Below are positions 38,001 to 50,901 of a stretch of 64,000 bases of DNA, in pieces. Within the stretch, counting starts at the first letter, position 1, and each line of letters begins with the position of its first letter. The position numbers were made by a program, and so were the translations under genes. Under the pieces are notes generated by a model, which worked only from the letters and a program-made list of their open reading frames with translations, had not been told where the DNA came from and did not search any database. Source of the stretch: Laetmonice hystrix (Eukaryota); assembly GCA_965235115.1 (NCBI GenBank), contig OZ249451.1, positions 20,150,001-20,214,000 on the forward strand, read 5' to 3'.

Positions 38001-39232
38001 GATAATTCGATTCGGCTGCATGCCCAAGCTAAAAAAGCTCCAAGGAATGTTTTGTTTGAGAAACCGACAATGTGCGTTGATTCCAGGCGTCGCGGGCTGT
38101 GATTGTCGATAGTATCGCATCTACTAATTATTGCATGTCTGACGATGAAAGGAAAGATGTTGTAATAAAAAGTTACTTGGTCTCATTCCCTGTTCTGACG
38201 GATGGTAAGAGTTTACGGACACGGACGACAGGGGAAGTGGGGCAGTAGAAGATTATTACATCGCAAGCTGTTCTTTTTTCTAGACGCTTTTCAAAATATT
38301 TATGCCAAGCCCATATTAATTTTAAGTTGGGAGTTATGCGCTTATGAGCTAGACAAGACATTTTGTAGCGCCCCCTCCCACACAAGATATTTATAGACCC
38401 CCCCCCCCCCCGATTCCAAATGGCCCGACCTGCCAATTTCTACGGGGTTCTAAATCTGAGAAACTGTAATTGTGATATCAGGGCCCGTCAAGGGAGTCTT
38501 CGATAACGGTTGTTGTTAGCTTATCAGGTCAACAGGCCGTGAAACGGGCGCGTTTCTTCGGCATTAATAGCGGCGCTCGTTAGGGGGCAAACCTTCGTTC
38601 GTTCCCGCATCGTTCGTTATCAGCTAAACCATCTTGTCTGGGCAGGACCCCTGGTCGTTGTGAATGTGCCGAACCCAACCTCCTCCAATCACCCTCAACA
38701 CAATGGTCTGTTAATATCCCCATGCGCAGCATCCCTTGACACCCCCTGCCCACCTCACCCTTAATGTTTATTAGACCCATTGAGTTTTACTTTTCAATTT
38801 ACATTTGTTTCAATTTAGGTGGCTCGTTACGTCTCAAGTCACGTGCTCGTTTAAATGAACTAATAATTAAGTAAGGGAATGACCGCTCGCTTGCTTCTAT
38901 TTGGTCAAGTACAACATGTACTGTCCACTAAACGGTGACCGGCCGGCCAGGCATATTTATGCGACCCGGGAAAACAATTGGGAAGAGTCCCTGGTCAACT
39001 GGACGATGGGGGGCTGAGGAGAAATAGCCACTGGTCACTTAAAGTGCAGACTTAATAAATGACCTTGGTCTCCACAGGGATCGGGAAATGACTGCTTTAA
39101 GACTTAACGAAGCAAATGTAATCAAAGCCATTCAAGGTGAAAGGGGATCAGATGTTGTCATTTCACGAAATGTACGAGTAATTGATTCCCCCGACACCGG
39201 GTCCTTCTGTATCGAGCGAACTGATACTAACG

Positions 39233-39249
39233 GGTTCAATTAGAGTTCA
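39233..39249 (+). promoter_or_regulatory. DR5 RARE-like element
   Basis: ggttca-attag-agttca, the same GGTTCA-n5-AGTTCA form as canonical vertebrate DR5 RAREs. Motif match only. Confidence 0.4.
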
Positions 39250-41375
39250 AACCTGGCGCTTAATTCACGTCGGCCGACGACGCCAAACTCATCACGCAAA
39301 TGGTAAACTTTTCGCTCGCTCTAAGCCGCTCAGAGACACATTGTTTTGTTTGAAGGGGGAGTGGTCGAACGCTTTGAAAGGCACGAACGAAAGGAGGACA
39401 ATTTTATAAGTCGTTCTACTGAAAGCGGTAAGATTGTCTTTGGGAGTCGTTGATCCCATGGACTGGGAGCCCTCGGTGGCGGTGTCCGGGCATGACATGT
39501 CATCTATCTTGTCTGACGCTCTGTATCTTGATCCCTTTGAAGGTTCGCCACCTGACCCCGCCGTCGTTGTCAGGGTCGGTGGCCGGGCTCGCGGTGGATC
39601 CTTTCAAACGGCCTTATCAAGCGGCCCTGAAAACTTGTTAACGCCATGCCAGTAACGTGATCCCCGTCCACGATACGGGGTCTTGTCAGGGCTCCCGTCT
39701 TTTTACAATACCTTGGCTCGACTCCGGCTGAGGGACGGGGTGGGGGGCGTTCACAAAGGTCTCATCTGTATCTGTTCAACCCCCCGCACCCCACCCCTCC
39801 CGCCCTCCCAAACATACAACACTCCAGTCGATGTTCGCATTTCACGCTCACAATCAGCACCTATCGGCATTCCTCGTTTATCAACTTGGTGCACGTTAAA
39901 ATTTGTGCGAGTGATACGGATTACTGAGTCGTTTTAACTTATTGTTCGGATTACTGAGTCGTTTAAACTAGTTGTTCGGATTAAGGTATACGGATTACAG
40001 AATGTACGCGACACCCTATGCCTATAAACATCAATCTGTAACTATTTGTTGATGTGGACACATTCTAAACCTTTTTAACAGAATCGTCTGTCCATTGTAA
40101 AATTAGGTCGTCCTACGTGTCCAAGGATAATACCCACGACCTCCTATATATTATAACGATTTTCGTTTCAGAAAAAAGTGTTAAATAATCCATTCCACAT
40201 ACCCGTATAATTTAGTGCTGTCTTATTTATTGTAAAAGAAATCTCCTAAGAACTGAATATGTTAATGTGGACAGGCGAAAGATCTTCTTTTATTTTTACC
40301 CACAAAGGGGATCTAAATCAACGCAGCATGAAAGTCAGGCAAGGGGAAGAATGAGATATTTTGCTTGCTTATGCTAACGGTATTTACTGGCAAGGTGTCG
40401 GTCACAGCGGTGGTTGTGTATACTTGCAGCTGTACACAGACTGGCTCCAGACTGACGACTGAATATTTCATCTTTCTGCCCTCAGCCCGTCCACGCTCCT
40501 TTCTCGGCGCTCCCAAGTCCCGGATTAAAAATGCATTGAAAGTAACAGTTCGTAAGCATGCCATCGGCACCGCAACCGATTCACACTTTGTGCTGTACCG
40601 TTCATCATATATTACAGGCCCCGTAGCGTACGCGCGCTGTAGTAGCGGCAATTCGTCAGCGCTTAACGGAATCATGGTTTAGCCGCAGACTGGCGTCCAC
40701 ATAGATCATTTCTAACAGTATTATATCTGCCCGTCCCATCGACATATGGCCCGCCCTCGTTGTCCCTTTGGGCAACCCAATTTTTCTTGCCGACACCCTC
40801 TGAGCAGGAATTCCTCCATGAATTGAATTCCCACCAATGCATTTCCTGACTCATGAAATATTTCTACTCAAGTCTTGCCCTCGCATCGGCTACACACCCA
40901 CCCAGGGGACAAAACTACAGTCGTTCGATTAATTCCGCGTTTTACGCCTGACTATGGCTATAGATCATGATCAGCAAATCTGTGTCGATTGTCGCTACCA
41001 CTAAACGCTTTCAGAAACCTAATTGCTTTGGCTATATTTTCGAATAATCAAATATTGGCCTCCTGAGAATCTTGCGAATATTTCGTTTGCTCCACCCACA
41101 ATTCCCGTGCCCCCTCGTCCTCCCTTCATCTGCACTTTCACCCTTGTGACCTACTTTCTCCCAACCACCTGTTTACTGTTTCCAACGCGTATACCCCACC
41201 CCCCCTCGTCGACCCCCCCCCCCTCCCTCCATCCATCTATACTCATAAAGTCATTAAAAAACGACCGAATGATATCAATTCGATCTCCATAGATCTTACT
41301 TGTATTCATGGCCAAGAAAAGTAATTGAACATGCACTTCGTCAGATGTACGAGTTATGAAATTCAGAGATATGCC

Positions 41376-41925
41376 TGTTCACAAACACACAGCTCTCTCG
41401 ATGTTCAGAAACACACAGCTCTCTCGATGTTCAGAAACACACAGCTCTCTCGATGTTCAGAAACACACAGCTCTCTCGATGTTCAGAAACACACAGCTCT
41501 CTCGATGTTCAGAAACACACAGCTCTCTCGATGTTCAGAAACACACGGCTCTCTCGATGTTCAGAAACACACAGCTCTCTCGATGTTCAGAAACACACAG
41601 CTCTCTCGATGTTCAGAAACACACAGCTCTCTCGATGTTCACAAACACACAGCTCTCTCGATGTTCACAAACACACAGCTCTCTCGATGTTCAGAAACAC
41701 ACAGCTCTCTCGATGTTCAGAAACACACAGCTCTCTCGATGTTCAGAAACACACAGCTCTCTCGATGTTCAGAAACACACGGCTCTCTCGATGTTCAGAA
41801 ACACACAGCTCTCTCGATGTTCACAAACACACAGCTCTCTCGATGTTCAGAAACACACAGCTCTCTCGATGTTCAGAAACACACAGCTCTCTCGATGTTC
41901 AGAAACACACAGCTCTCTCGATGTT
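41376..41925. repeat. Minisatellite, 26-bp unit, about 21 copies
   Basis: Consensus is gatgttcagaaacacacagctctctc. It accounts for the periodic ORFs in three frames. Confidence 0.97.
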
Positions 41926-42298
41926 GTGATAAGTGCGTCCAATCCTTCTTTAACCCAGGATGCTATTTTTACCCGACCAATAACCCGTGCCCTAGTTGGC
42001 AGCTGCGGCGGCCTCTCATGCCAACAACGATTTCTAGGGGCGATCACCACTCGAGCCCGAGTCAGTGTATAGCGGATTTGCACTCGTCGGAACTGAGAGG
42101 GATAATATAAGAATTATGGCAAAGCCAATCGTGATTTGATCCTGTGGCAAAGTTATCGGGATTCTAAACCGGGCACTGAATGTGTGTCTTTCACAAACAC
42201 CACGGAAATGTTCAGAAATAATGTGTGTTCGTTTCTTTTCATCTCGAGTTGGTTTTGTAAACACACGATGACATTTGTCAAGGTAACGAACAGGGCAA

Positions 42299-42356
42299 TG
42301 TATCATGTATTATGTATCATGTATCATGTATCATGTATTATGTATCATGTATTATG
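42299..42356. repeat. 7-bp tandem repeat (tgtatca/tgtatta), about 8 copies
   Basis: tgtatcatgtattatgtatcatgtatca... Confidence 0.9.
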
Positions 42357-43574
42357 ATTGAGGTGAATACAGGATCATGATGCTTTCATAGACCGGGTAG
42401 TAAACTCGACTGAGATCGGGTCAGACCGGGCACAGTGGGGTGAGATATAGAAACGTCAGGCGTCAGGTTCACACAAGGCCGTGTGGAGAGTGCGCTGGTT
42501 GTAGTGAATGACTAGATAAATTATACGAACAGTTTCTGACCTCCCAACCTGCTCAGGTTAGAGGGAAGTTAGTAAGTCAGGGCACGTGACGACAGTACTC
42601 TAAACTATCTCTGCCACCTTGTAACATCTACAGCCAGGACCAACAACTGGGACGGGCGATATAAAAGTGGTTACTGATAGTTTGTGTGCACCTTCCGAGA
42701 AAAATAGAGAGAGAGAGAGTGAGAGAGTGAGAGAGTGTGAGAGAGAGTGAGAAAGTGGCAAACATTGATCCGTTTGTATTGCGGTGTGTGTGTTATAGAG
42801 TACGCGGTTGTATAGTGTAGACGGCCTGCACTTACTCACACCGCCTGGGACGGAGGAGCAAAAATGTTTTTTCTGAAGAAAAATATGTAAGGTTGATGCA
42901 AAGACCCTACGTACAATGTTAGACGACGCCATGCGGCAAATATAGACGGCCAGAATGGATGCTAAGCTCTAACAATCTCCGATTAACGTAGTGGGTTTGG
43001 GACGAACACGAATTGGTGTTACCTGATTACAAGGCGAAATTAATAATTTATTTGGGAATAATCAGCTTTTTTGCCACCAAATTCCACCTGTCCGCCAGGA
43101 CCTGTCCGGGACTGTCCGAGTCCTCGGCCAGGACCTGTCCGGGGAGCCGCGGAGTTCTCGGCCTAGACCCCTACCCCACTTAACACCAGCGGCCTGACTG
43201 CTCACGTGTTAAACAAAGTATACCACTCGCATACCTCTCAATATGTCTGTGTATTATGTTTGTATATATCATAAGATATACATTCTATGTTATATGGAGT
43301 GTTTGTATGGTCAGAGTCGCAGGATTTCGTTGCGAACCGTGAACCAGGAGCATGGCGCCAAGCTAAGGTCGAGATGGCCAACCCAACACGTCCTTTGTGG
43401 TCTAGATGGCGCCCTTTACTCTGGTTGGTTTCCGAGACTCAAACCTTGCTAGAACTGAACTTAGGGGGTTCTTTTAAATGTATAATGTTGCTGGTCCATG
43501 TCATTTGTGATTTGGTGGGAATGGCGGCGTCTGTGCAGGTCCTGAGGTGACGGTGTTAGAGGTGACGGGAGAGG

Positions 43575-43745
43575 CGGGGTGGGTGGCCCGGGACCCGGGG
43601 TCCCCGGGCCCCCGGCGGCGGGCCGGGCAGGGCCGGGCCGGCCCGGACCCCCGCCTCCCCCACCTCGGCCTGGACCCCCCGGCCCCCGGACCCACAGCCC
43701 GACCCGGCCGCCCCACACACCGCTCTCCTCCACTGAGGGCCCCAC
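43575..43745. other. GC/CpG-rich island
   Basis: Almost entirely G and C with many ccgg/ggcc motifs. Confidence 0.7.
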
Positions 43746-44249
43746 ACCAACACCGATTGTATTTTTTTTAACCACAACTCCCCCACCCACCAATAACTCA
43801 CCTCACTCCCACTCCAGCTAAACTAGATGACAGCCCTGGCATCGACTCCTACATATACATTGCCGTCCACGCCAGGCCCGACTGGCAGGAGCCGGTCATG
43901 ATTTTCATTCACACATTTCTATCATGACACTGATCGACCTCCGTGCTTTGTGCTGACCGCTGGACATGACATGGCATGACACCTTGCCCCACCGCCAGGG
44001 GACAGGCGCCGGGGAGACATTGAACGGGAAACGAATCGAGTAACATTCAGGTCAATTTGAAACGAATGTGCAGCACAGCAAGACGTCCGATATATTCCTA
44101 CAGTCTATGGGGCACGTAGATGACAATATTGTGGAGTTAATATCGCCATGGCGTAGGAATCTGTGAGTTAGGGGGAAACCTCACCCTGTAGTTTGTAGTT
44201 CTGAGGTCAGATGTGAGGTCAGTACCTCCGGGTTTGTCTACCCATCAGC

Positions 44250-44440
44250 GTTCAGGCCAGGGGCCCAGGTCAGGGGCCCAGGCCGGGGGCCCAGGCCAGG
44301 GGCCAGGCCAGGGGCCCAGACCAAGGGCCCAGGCCAGGGGTCCATGCCAGGGGACCAGGCCAGGGGACCAGCCCGGCGGGCCCAGGCCAGGGGCCCAGCC
44401 GGGCGGGGCCAGGGGCCCAGGCCGGGGACCCACACCGAGG
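44250..44440. repeat. Degenerate GC-rich short repeat (ggcccagg/ccagggg)
   Basis: Reiterated caggccaggggcccagg-like units. Confidence 0.75.
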
Positions 44441-44862
44441 CAGCCCGACCCTGTCCGCCTATCACACCATTCAATCAATCTACCCCGACCAACTAAAACA
44501 CCTGCACTCCAGTCAACCCCTCCTGGCCCAGCAACCCCGTTCCTGACCCCTGACCCCCCTCCCCTCCCCTCCCCATCCGGCCAAGCCCCCCTTTCCCCTG
44601 CCTTTCACCCTGGTCATTTCCAGGGACGGACAGACCTATATCATCTGCTCCATATAACGCCGTTTGGAAATTCGCTTTCAGCAGAGATGAAAAGTTAGTT
44701 TGATTATACCCCCACCCTGCCGTCCTTGTTCTCACGCCTCGCGTTCCCCTGGAGGCAGGGTTCATCCTCCAGTGCCTGACTCAGAAACACGAGAACCAAC
44801 CCCTCTACCGATACTTCTTATGTAACGGCAACCGACTCCAATGGCCGACTTGGAGGACGAGT

Positions 44863-44879
44863 TGACCTTCCGGTGACCT
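44863..44879 (-). promoter_or_regulatory. DR5 RARE-like element
   Basis: The + strand reads tgacct-tccgg-tgacct, which is AGGTCA-CCGGA-AGGTCA on the minus strand. Motif match only. Confidence 0.4.
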
Positions 44880-45903
44880 TGCTGCTGTCTCCGAGCGTTC
44901 AATGCCTTCTACAGAACGCTCGTGCTCTCGGCATTAAAAAAAACACACATGTTTCTACTTTGGTGAGCCACATGCTCCGGCTGTGTTTATTCTGCGAGCG
45001 TGCAGACGGGTTGCCCAACTCTGTCCAAGTGTTTAAAGATGTCTCAGCATCGCAGACCGCTGGAAGCCGTGACCTTCAAATTTAACCTCTCAAAAACGCT
45101 GAGATGAAACTTGAAACATCAAACGAAAGGTTGACTTTTTAAAACTCTAAGAACCTATCGACTCACTTTCCAGTCTTGAAACCCCACCCGGGAACGAATT
45201 ATTAGTTGTGTGGCCTCGTTTTTTGGACCCTGAGGAAGATAAAGAGAAAAAAGGAAGAAAAGATAAATGATTCAGGTGAGGTCAACACGTGTGTGGGATT
45301 CGTCATCAATTTGATGTCAGTGAGTACTCGCCGATCACATGTCGTCTGCTTACCTGTCACGAACAAAAACAAAAAAACACTGATCCTAATTGTACCTCAT
45401 TATTGACCGAGGTTACCTGGAGACTGTGACCGACTGTGACCTCTGAGGGAAAAAATAAAAACTGGCACAGACCGAATTCAGAGAACCGACAAGGCCAGTC
45501 TCTCCACGTACCGTGACCCACTGAGGCTTGGACTCGTTTCTACACCCCCTCCCCCTCGCTCTTCAACTTCTGGAGATAGTGGAGGTAGAGTGGGAAGTTG
45601 TGAGAAAAAGGGTTTGGAAGTTATATATAAATAAAGATACAGCAAAGCAGCGTCGATCACCATCAAGTAATTTAACAATGAATATATCGATGTATTATTT
45701 ACATACATCACAACCGCCAAGGTCACAGGGTCATGTAGAGTGCTATGACCACAAACACGTAGGTTGGAAAGATACATATCTAAATGTCCTAACGTTGACA
45801 TATATGACACATATGAATGGATACAGACACGTATACATAGTGTAAACTTGGACCGGCTACTGGACAACAGATGTGTGCAGAGATATCGAAACACGCCTTG
45901 AGC

Positions 45904-45998
45904 GGGTTGGGTCGGGTTGGGTCGAGTCGGGTCGGGTTGGGTCGAGTCGGGTTGGGTTGGGTCGGGTTGGGTCGGGTTGGGTCGGGTTGGGTCGGGTT
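45904..45998. repeat. Pentamer array (gggtt/gggtc/gagtc), 19 units
   Basis: gggttgggtcgggttgggtcgagtc... with regularly spaced GGG runs. Confidence 0.92.
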
Positions 45999-46398
45999 AG
46001 CACACTCCCCCTGTGAACCATTGTAGATCTATAGCATGACAGACATAGCGTGCCGCTGTATGCTGGTCGGGGTCTACAGCCACAGAACATTTCAATAAAA
46101 CCCAAAGATATCTTTGAAAAGCTCGCTGGAGCCAGGTGCGAGGTTTTCATTGAAACACTCGCTCTCTCCCCATCCAGACTGCAGACATCTTTGGCAAAGA
46201 TATCTTTTGATATTGAAACGAGTTTTTCCCCTTCGTCTTCCCATGTAGGGTCTACATTATACTGAGTGGTCTTGTCAGGAAAGTTCAAGTCGGTCACTGT
46301 ATAAATTCCGTGCAATGTTCCAATACAAGTCGTACTTTTCTTTCAGAGAGTAGGGGGAGAAAATGGTGTTATTACAAGGGTACGGCTGGCTTGCTCGG

Positions 46399-46429
46399 AG
46401 GTCAAAAGGTCAGACCCTGTGATTGACAG
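46399..46429 (+). promoter_or_regulatory. Composite DR2 plus PBX-MEIS/PREP decamer
   Basis: aggtca-aa-aggtca (46399-46412), then tgattgacag (46420-46429) after a 7-bp gap. Confidence 0.45.
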
Positions 46430-48024
46430 GCAGCCGGGGTCGGTTGCATGTTTGTGAGAAGTCTATTGAAAACGGGTACATCCAGGGACAACAGGTGCTC
46501 TCAGGTGATATGTGGGCCCCTGTGGCAGAACGGAGGCAGGTATGCACTGGGTTGTTTCTAACACTTAGATCTCATCAGAACTGCTGTTATATGCATATTT
46601 GGCCCGCTTTCGGGAACGTTCCCTATGTCCTGTCATTGCTAGATCTTAGGGAAAAGAAGGCAGTGTCGTGAGAACTGCGATCCATACAGGTGGGAGGGTG
46701 TTTGAGGTATGAGGGAGGGTGTGTGGGGTGTAGAGAAGGGGTGTTTCTATAAGGGGGCACCCTGCAAGACGAGGGTAGACGTGTTCTCGAGCAGAGACGG
46801 ATGGAGGTCGACCTTCCACCATGACCAACAGCCTGTCTCCGACCGTCCCCTCCCATACACTCGCGCCCCATCTCCAACATCTATTTTTGTTTCAAATGGG
46901 AAATGAAAATTTCATATATTTGCCCCAACCGTTCTGAGATCAGTCAATCTATGATTGAGTAGCCTACCGGGAAGGCTGGCGCCTTGTCAAATGAAGACAT
47001 GGTGGCAGACAAGGGACTATAAATCAATAATTTTTTTTCTCTCACGTGTGTGTCCTCCTATTTTGGTTTGCAATACATGCCATGTTTGAAGATGTAAACA
47101 AACTTTATCTCACTTACGATGTAGAAAACCGTATCACATTGCGTGACACGACCTAGGAAAGTCGGATTTCTTTAAACAGTTTTTTTCATATTTGTCTCTG
47201 TCATGGAGTTGAAATATGTCTGTTTATTTTATTGGTTTGTTCGGTTCGACCCCGGAGCTATTGACATTTGTACTACATACGGGATTATAGCTTCATTGGC
47301 CGCAGTTTTTATGTAATTGATACCGTGCCCCCTACCTCCAGTAATGGCATTGGAAGCATTCAGCCCATGCAGTGTACACATGGAAGCCTTTGATTGGCTC
47401 AAGTGATCACCCAAAAGTCAAGCTCCCATGCAGTCACAATAATACAGTGAGACCACTTATTGGGATCCATTAAACGTCAAGCCATCACAGTACTCTACCC
47501 CACTTAAACCCCCTCTGCCCCACCCCACCATCCCTCTACTCTACATGACCCACGTTCTTTATAAATAAATAATACATCACCCCAAACGGCAAGACTCAAG
47601 GTTTGATCTCAGGTGAAGTCTTTGCTTCACAAACCCTTCCATGGTCATGCCATGGCCGGGCACGTATAGATCTTACACCGACCCGGCTATGAGTCGCTCG
47701 CACGCCACCGTCGGTGGTTGGAGATTTGTCGAGGCGCGTTTTCTAGCGCGTACATTTAAACGATGTGTACCTTAATGTTACAAGGACACGGCAGGCAGCT
47801 ATTCGAGAGCAGAGGAAAAAGCAAATGGGGGAAACCGCTGAATAATGCGAGCAGGGCAGCGCAATTTGTACTTCTTTATCGATTTCATCGGTGGCGATTT
47901 CACGGCGGCTTGGATGTGTACGTTTTGAATCGAATATCAAACGTCGATTACGTCATGATATCAATGCCCAATGATACTTGTACACACTCAAAAGCTAATT
48001 TTAGATAAAGGAAAAAAATGGGTG

Positions 48025-48312
48025 GGTATAGGTTTGGTACGCCTGCCGTTGGGTTGGTATAGGTTTGGTACGCCTGCCGTTGGGTTGGTTTAGTTTAGTA
48101 CGCCTGCCGTTGGGTTGGTTTAGGTTTGGTACGCCTGCCGTTGGGTTGGTATAGGTTTGGTACGCCTGTCGTTGGGTTGGTATAGGTTTGGTACGCCTGC
48201 CGTTGGGTTGGTATAGGTTTGGTACGCCTGTCGTTGGGTGGGTATAGGTTTGGTACGCCTGTCGTTGGGTTGGTATAGGTTTGGTACGCCTGCCGTTGGG
48301 TTGGTTTAGGTT
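48025..48312. repeat. Minisatellite, 31-bp unit, about 9 copies
   Basis: Consensus is ggtataggtttggtacgcctgccgttgggtt. Confidence 0.95.
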
Positions 48313-49407
48313 GTTCCTCCGCTGTGTGGCGACTAGAGTACAGCGAGGGGGATCTAGGGTAACATCACTACAAACACAGGCACATCGCCTGGCACTAACC
48401 TCTTGTCCATATCACCACATTCAGATTCGAAAATTCATTATTATTCCTTTAGAGACGTTCTCTATACTTAATGCCAAGTCTCACAAATTCCCCACCCAGG
48501 TACATGAGGGGGGGGGGGGCGGAGTGATGAGAAGTTTTTACCGGTGGTCTCCCCTCTTGGGTAGGTACCTCCCGGAGTGAGTGGGGTAGATCTCTAAATA
48601 TCCCAAACCCCATGAATCTTAATTCTGGGAGCGCTTCGCGAATTATAGAAATCTCCTCGAAAGTCGACCCACAGGGTTCGAAGTTTACGCTACCAATTAG
48701 ATCGGGTTAAAAAACGGTGAAGTTTTCATCAAATAATTAGATTTCCATCACCATGGCGGAACTGTGCTCCCATCGGGCAGGCGGCTATAGGTTGCCATGG
48801 AAACACCCTAATCTCATATGAAATTAAGTAGGACTCTGGCAGCCTGACTATTGGTAGACGACGTGGGTCCCGGAGGAAGCGTTCGATTTCGTTCGTATAT
48901 TGATGTAAACAGAGTGCAATATCATGAATTAATGCACGGTGCATACACAAGGAAGGTGAATATATAGAATATTGCACAGAAACACCTTCGATCAAACATT
49001 CTCACTCGGTACCGGGTACACTGAGGTAGGGCATGTCGGCTATGATTTATTTCATGCAACCCGTTGCATATTGCTATGGTGATATCGACCCAGAGAAAGG
49101 AGGCGGGGGTGGATGGGGAAGGGGTGGGGGGTTAGTAGGGGTGGGGTGGGGTGGGGTGGGGTGGGACACAGCGGCATAAGGTCACGAGGGAATGACCACG
49201 AGCAGGATAACCCCATCTCGGCTTCGTTACAGCCACCTCATTCTGCGAAATGAAATTTTCCTCAGAGTATCTGGCCGATTCTTTGACAGCTCCTGGCGGA
49301 TTTTGCATTTGCTCTCTGTTCAATAACTTTTGGGGCCAATTTGTTTCTTTTCTCAAATGAAAATACCTGATCTTTTTACCTTTATTCTATAATTTTCGTT
49401 GATTTAT

Positions 49408-50901
49408 ATCCAGTGAAAGGTTGACCATGGGCCAGGTCGACTGACCCTCATATCTACAGATCCAGTGAGGGGCTGACCATAGGCCAGGTCGACTGACCCT
49501 CATATCTACAGATCCAGTGAGGGGCTGGCCATGGGCCGGGTCTACTGCCCCTCATATCTACAGATCCAGTGAGGGGCTGGCCATGGGCCGGGTCTACTGA
49601 CCCTCATATCTACAGATCCAGTGAGGGGCTGACCATGGGCCAGGTCTACTGACCCTCATATCTACAGATTCAGTGAAAGGTTGACCATGGGCCAGGTCTA
49701 CTGACCCTCATATCTACAGATCCAGTGACGAGCTGACCATGGGCCAGGTCTACTGACCCTCATATCTACAGATCCAGTGAGGGGCTGACCATGGGCCAGG
49801 TCTACTGACCCTCATATCTACAGATCCAGTGAAAGGTTGACCATGGGCCAGGTCTACTGACCCTCATATCTACAGATCCAGTGAGGGGCTGACCATGGGC
49901 CAGGTCTACTGACCCTCATATCTACAGATCCAGTGACCAGCTGACCATGGGCCAGGTCTACTGACCCTCATATCTACAGATCCAGTGACGAGCTGACCAT
50001 GGGCCAGGTCTACTGACCCTCATATCTACAGATCCAGTGAGAGGCTGACCATGGGCCAGGTCTACTGACCCTCGTATCTACAGATCCAGTGACGAGCTGA
50101 CCATGGGCCAGGTCGACTGACCCTCATATCTACAGATCCAGTGAGGGGCTGACCATGAGCCAGGTCTACTGACCCTCATATCTACAGATCCAGTGAGAGG
50201 CTGACCATGGGCCAGGTCTACTGACCCTCATATCTACAGATCCAGTGAGGGGCTGACCATGGGTCAGGTCGACTGACCCTCATATCTACAGATCCAGTGA
50301 CCAGCTGACCATGGGCCAGGTCTACTGACCCTCATATCTACAGATCCAGTGAAAGGCTGACCATGGGCCAGGTCTACTGACCCTCATATCTACAGATCCA
50401 GTGAGGGGTTGACCATGGGTCAGGTCTACTGACCCTCATATCCAGTGAGGGGCTGACCATGGACCAGGTCTACTGACCCTCATATCTACAGATCCAGTGA
50501 GAGGCTGACCATGGTCCAGGTCTACTGACCCTCATATCTACAGATCCAGTGAGAGGCTGACCATGGGCCAGGTCTAGTGACCCTCATATCTACAGATCCA
50601 GTGAGAGGCTGACCATGGGCCAGGTCTAGTGACCCTCATATCTACAGATCCAGTGAGGGGCTGACCATGGGCCAGGTCGACTGACCCTCATATCTACAGA
50701 TCCAGTGAGAGGCTGACCATGGGCCAGGTCGACTGACCCTCATATCTACAGATCCAGTGAGGGGCTGACCATGGGCCAGGTCTACTGACCCTCATATCTA
50801 CAGATCCAGTGAGAGGCTGACCATGGGCCAGGTCTACTGACCCTCATATCTACAGATCCAGTGAGGGGCTGACTATGAGCCAGGTCGACTGACCCTCATA
50901 T
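49408..50901. repeat. Minisatellite, 52-bp unit, about 29 copies
   Basis: Consensus is atatctacagatccagtgaggggctgaccatgggccaggtctactgaccctc, with a variable block (gggg/aaagg/gagg/cgag/ccag) after cagtga. Confidence 0.97.

Noticed and set aside
41325-42110. ORFs of 158-261 aa
   Set aside because: They come from the 26-bp repeat read through three frames.
44183-44191. Third accctgtag inside a short acctcac/gtgaggt stem
   Set aside because: Only about 7 bp pair, and the rest does not resemble miR-10 or a pre-miRNA.
45904-45998. Interstitial telomere
   Set aside because: The units are 5-bp GGGTT/GGGTC/GAGTC, not TTAGGG or TTAGG.
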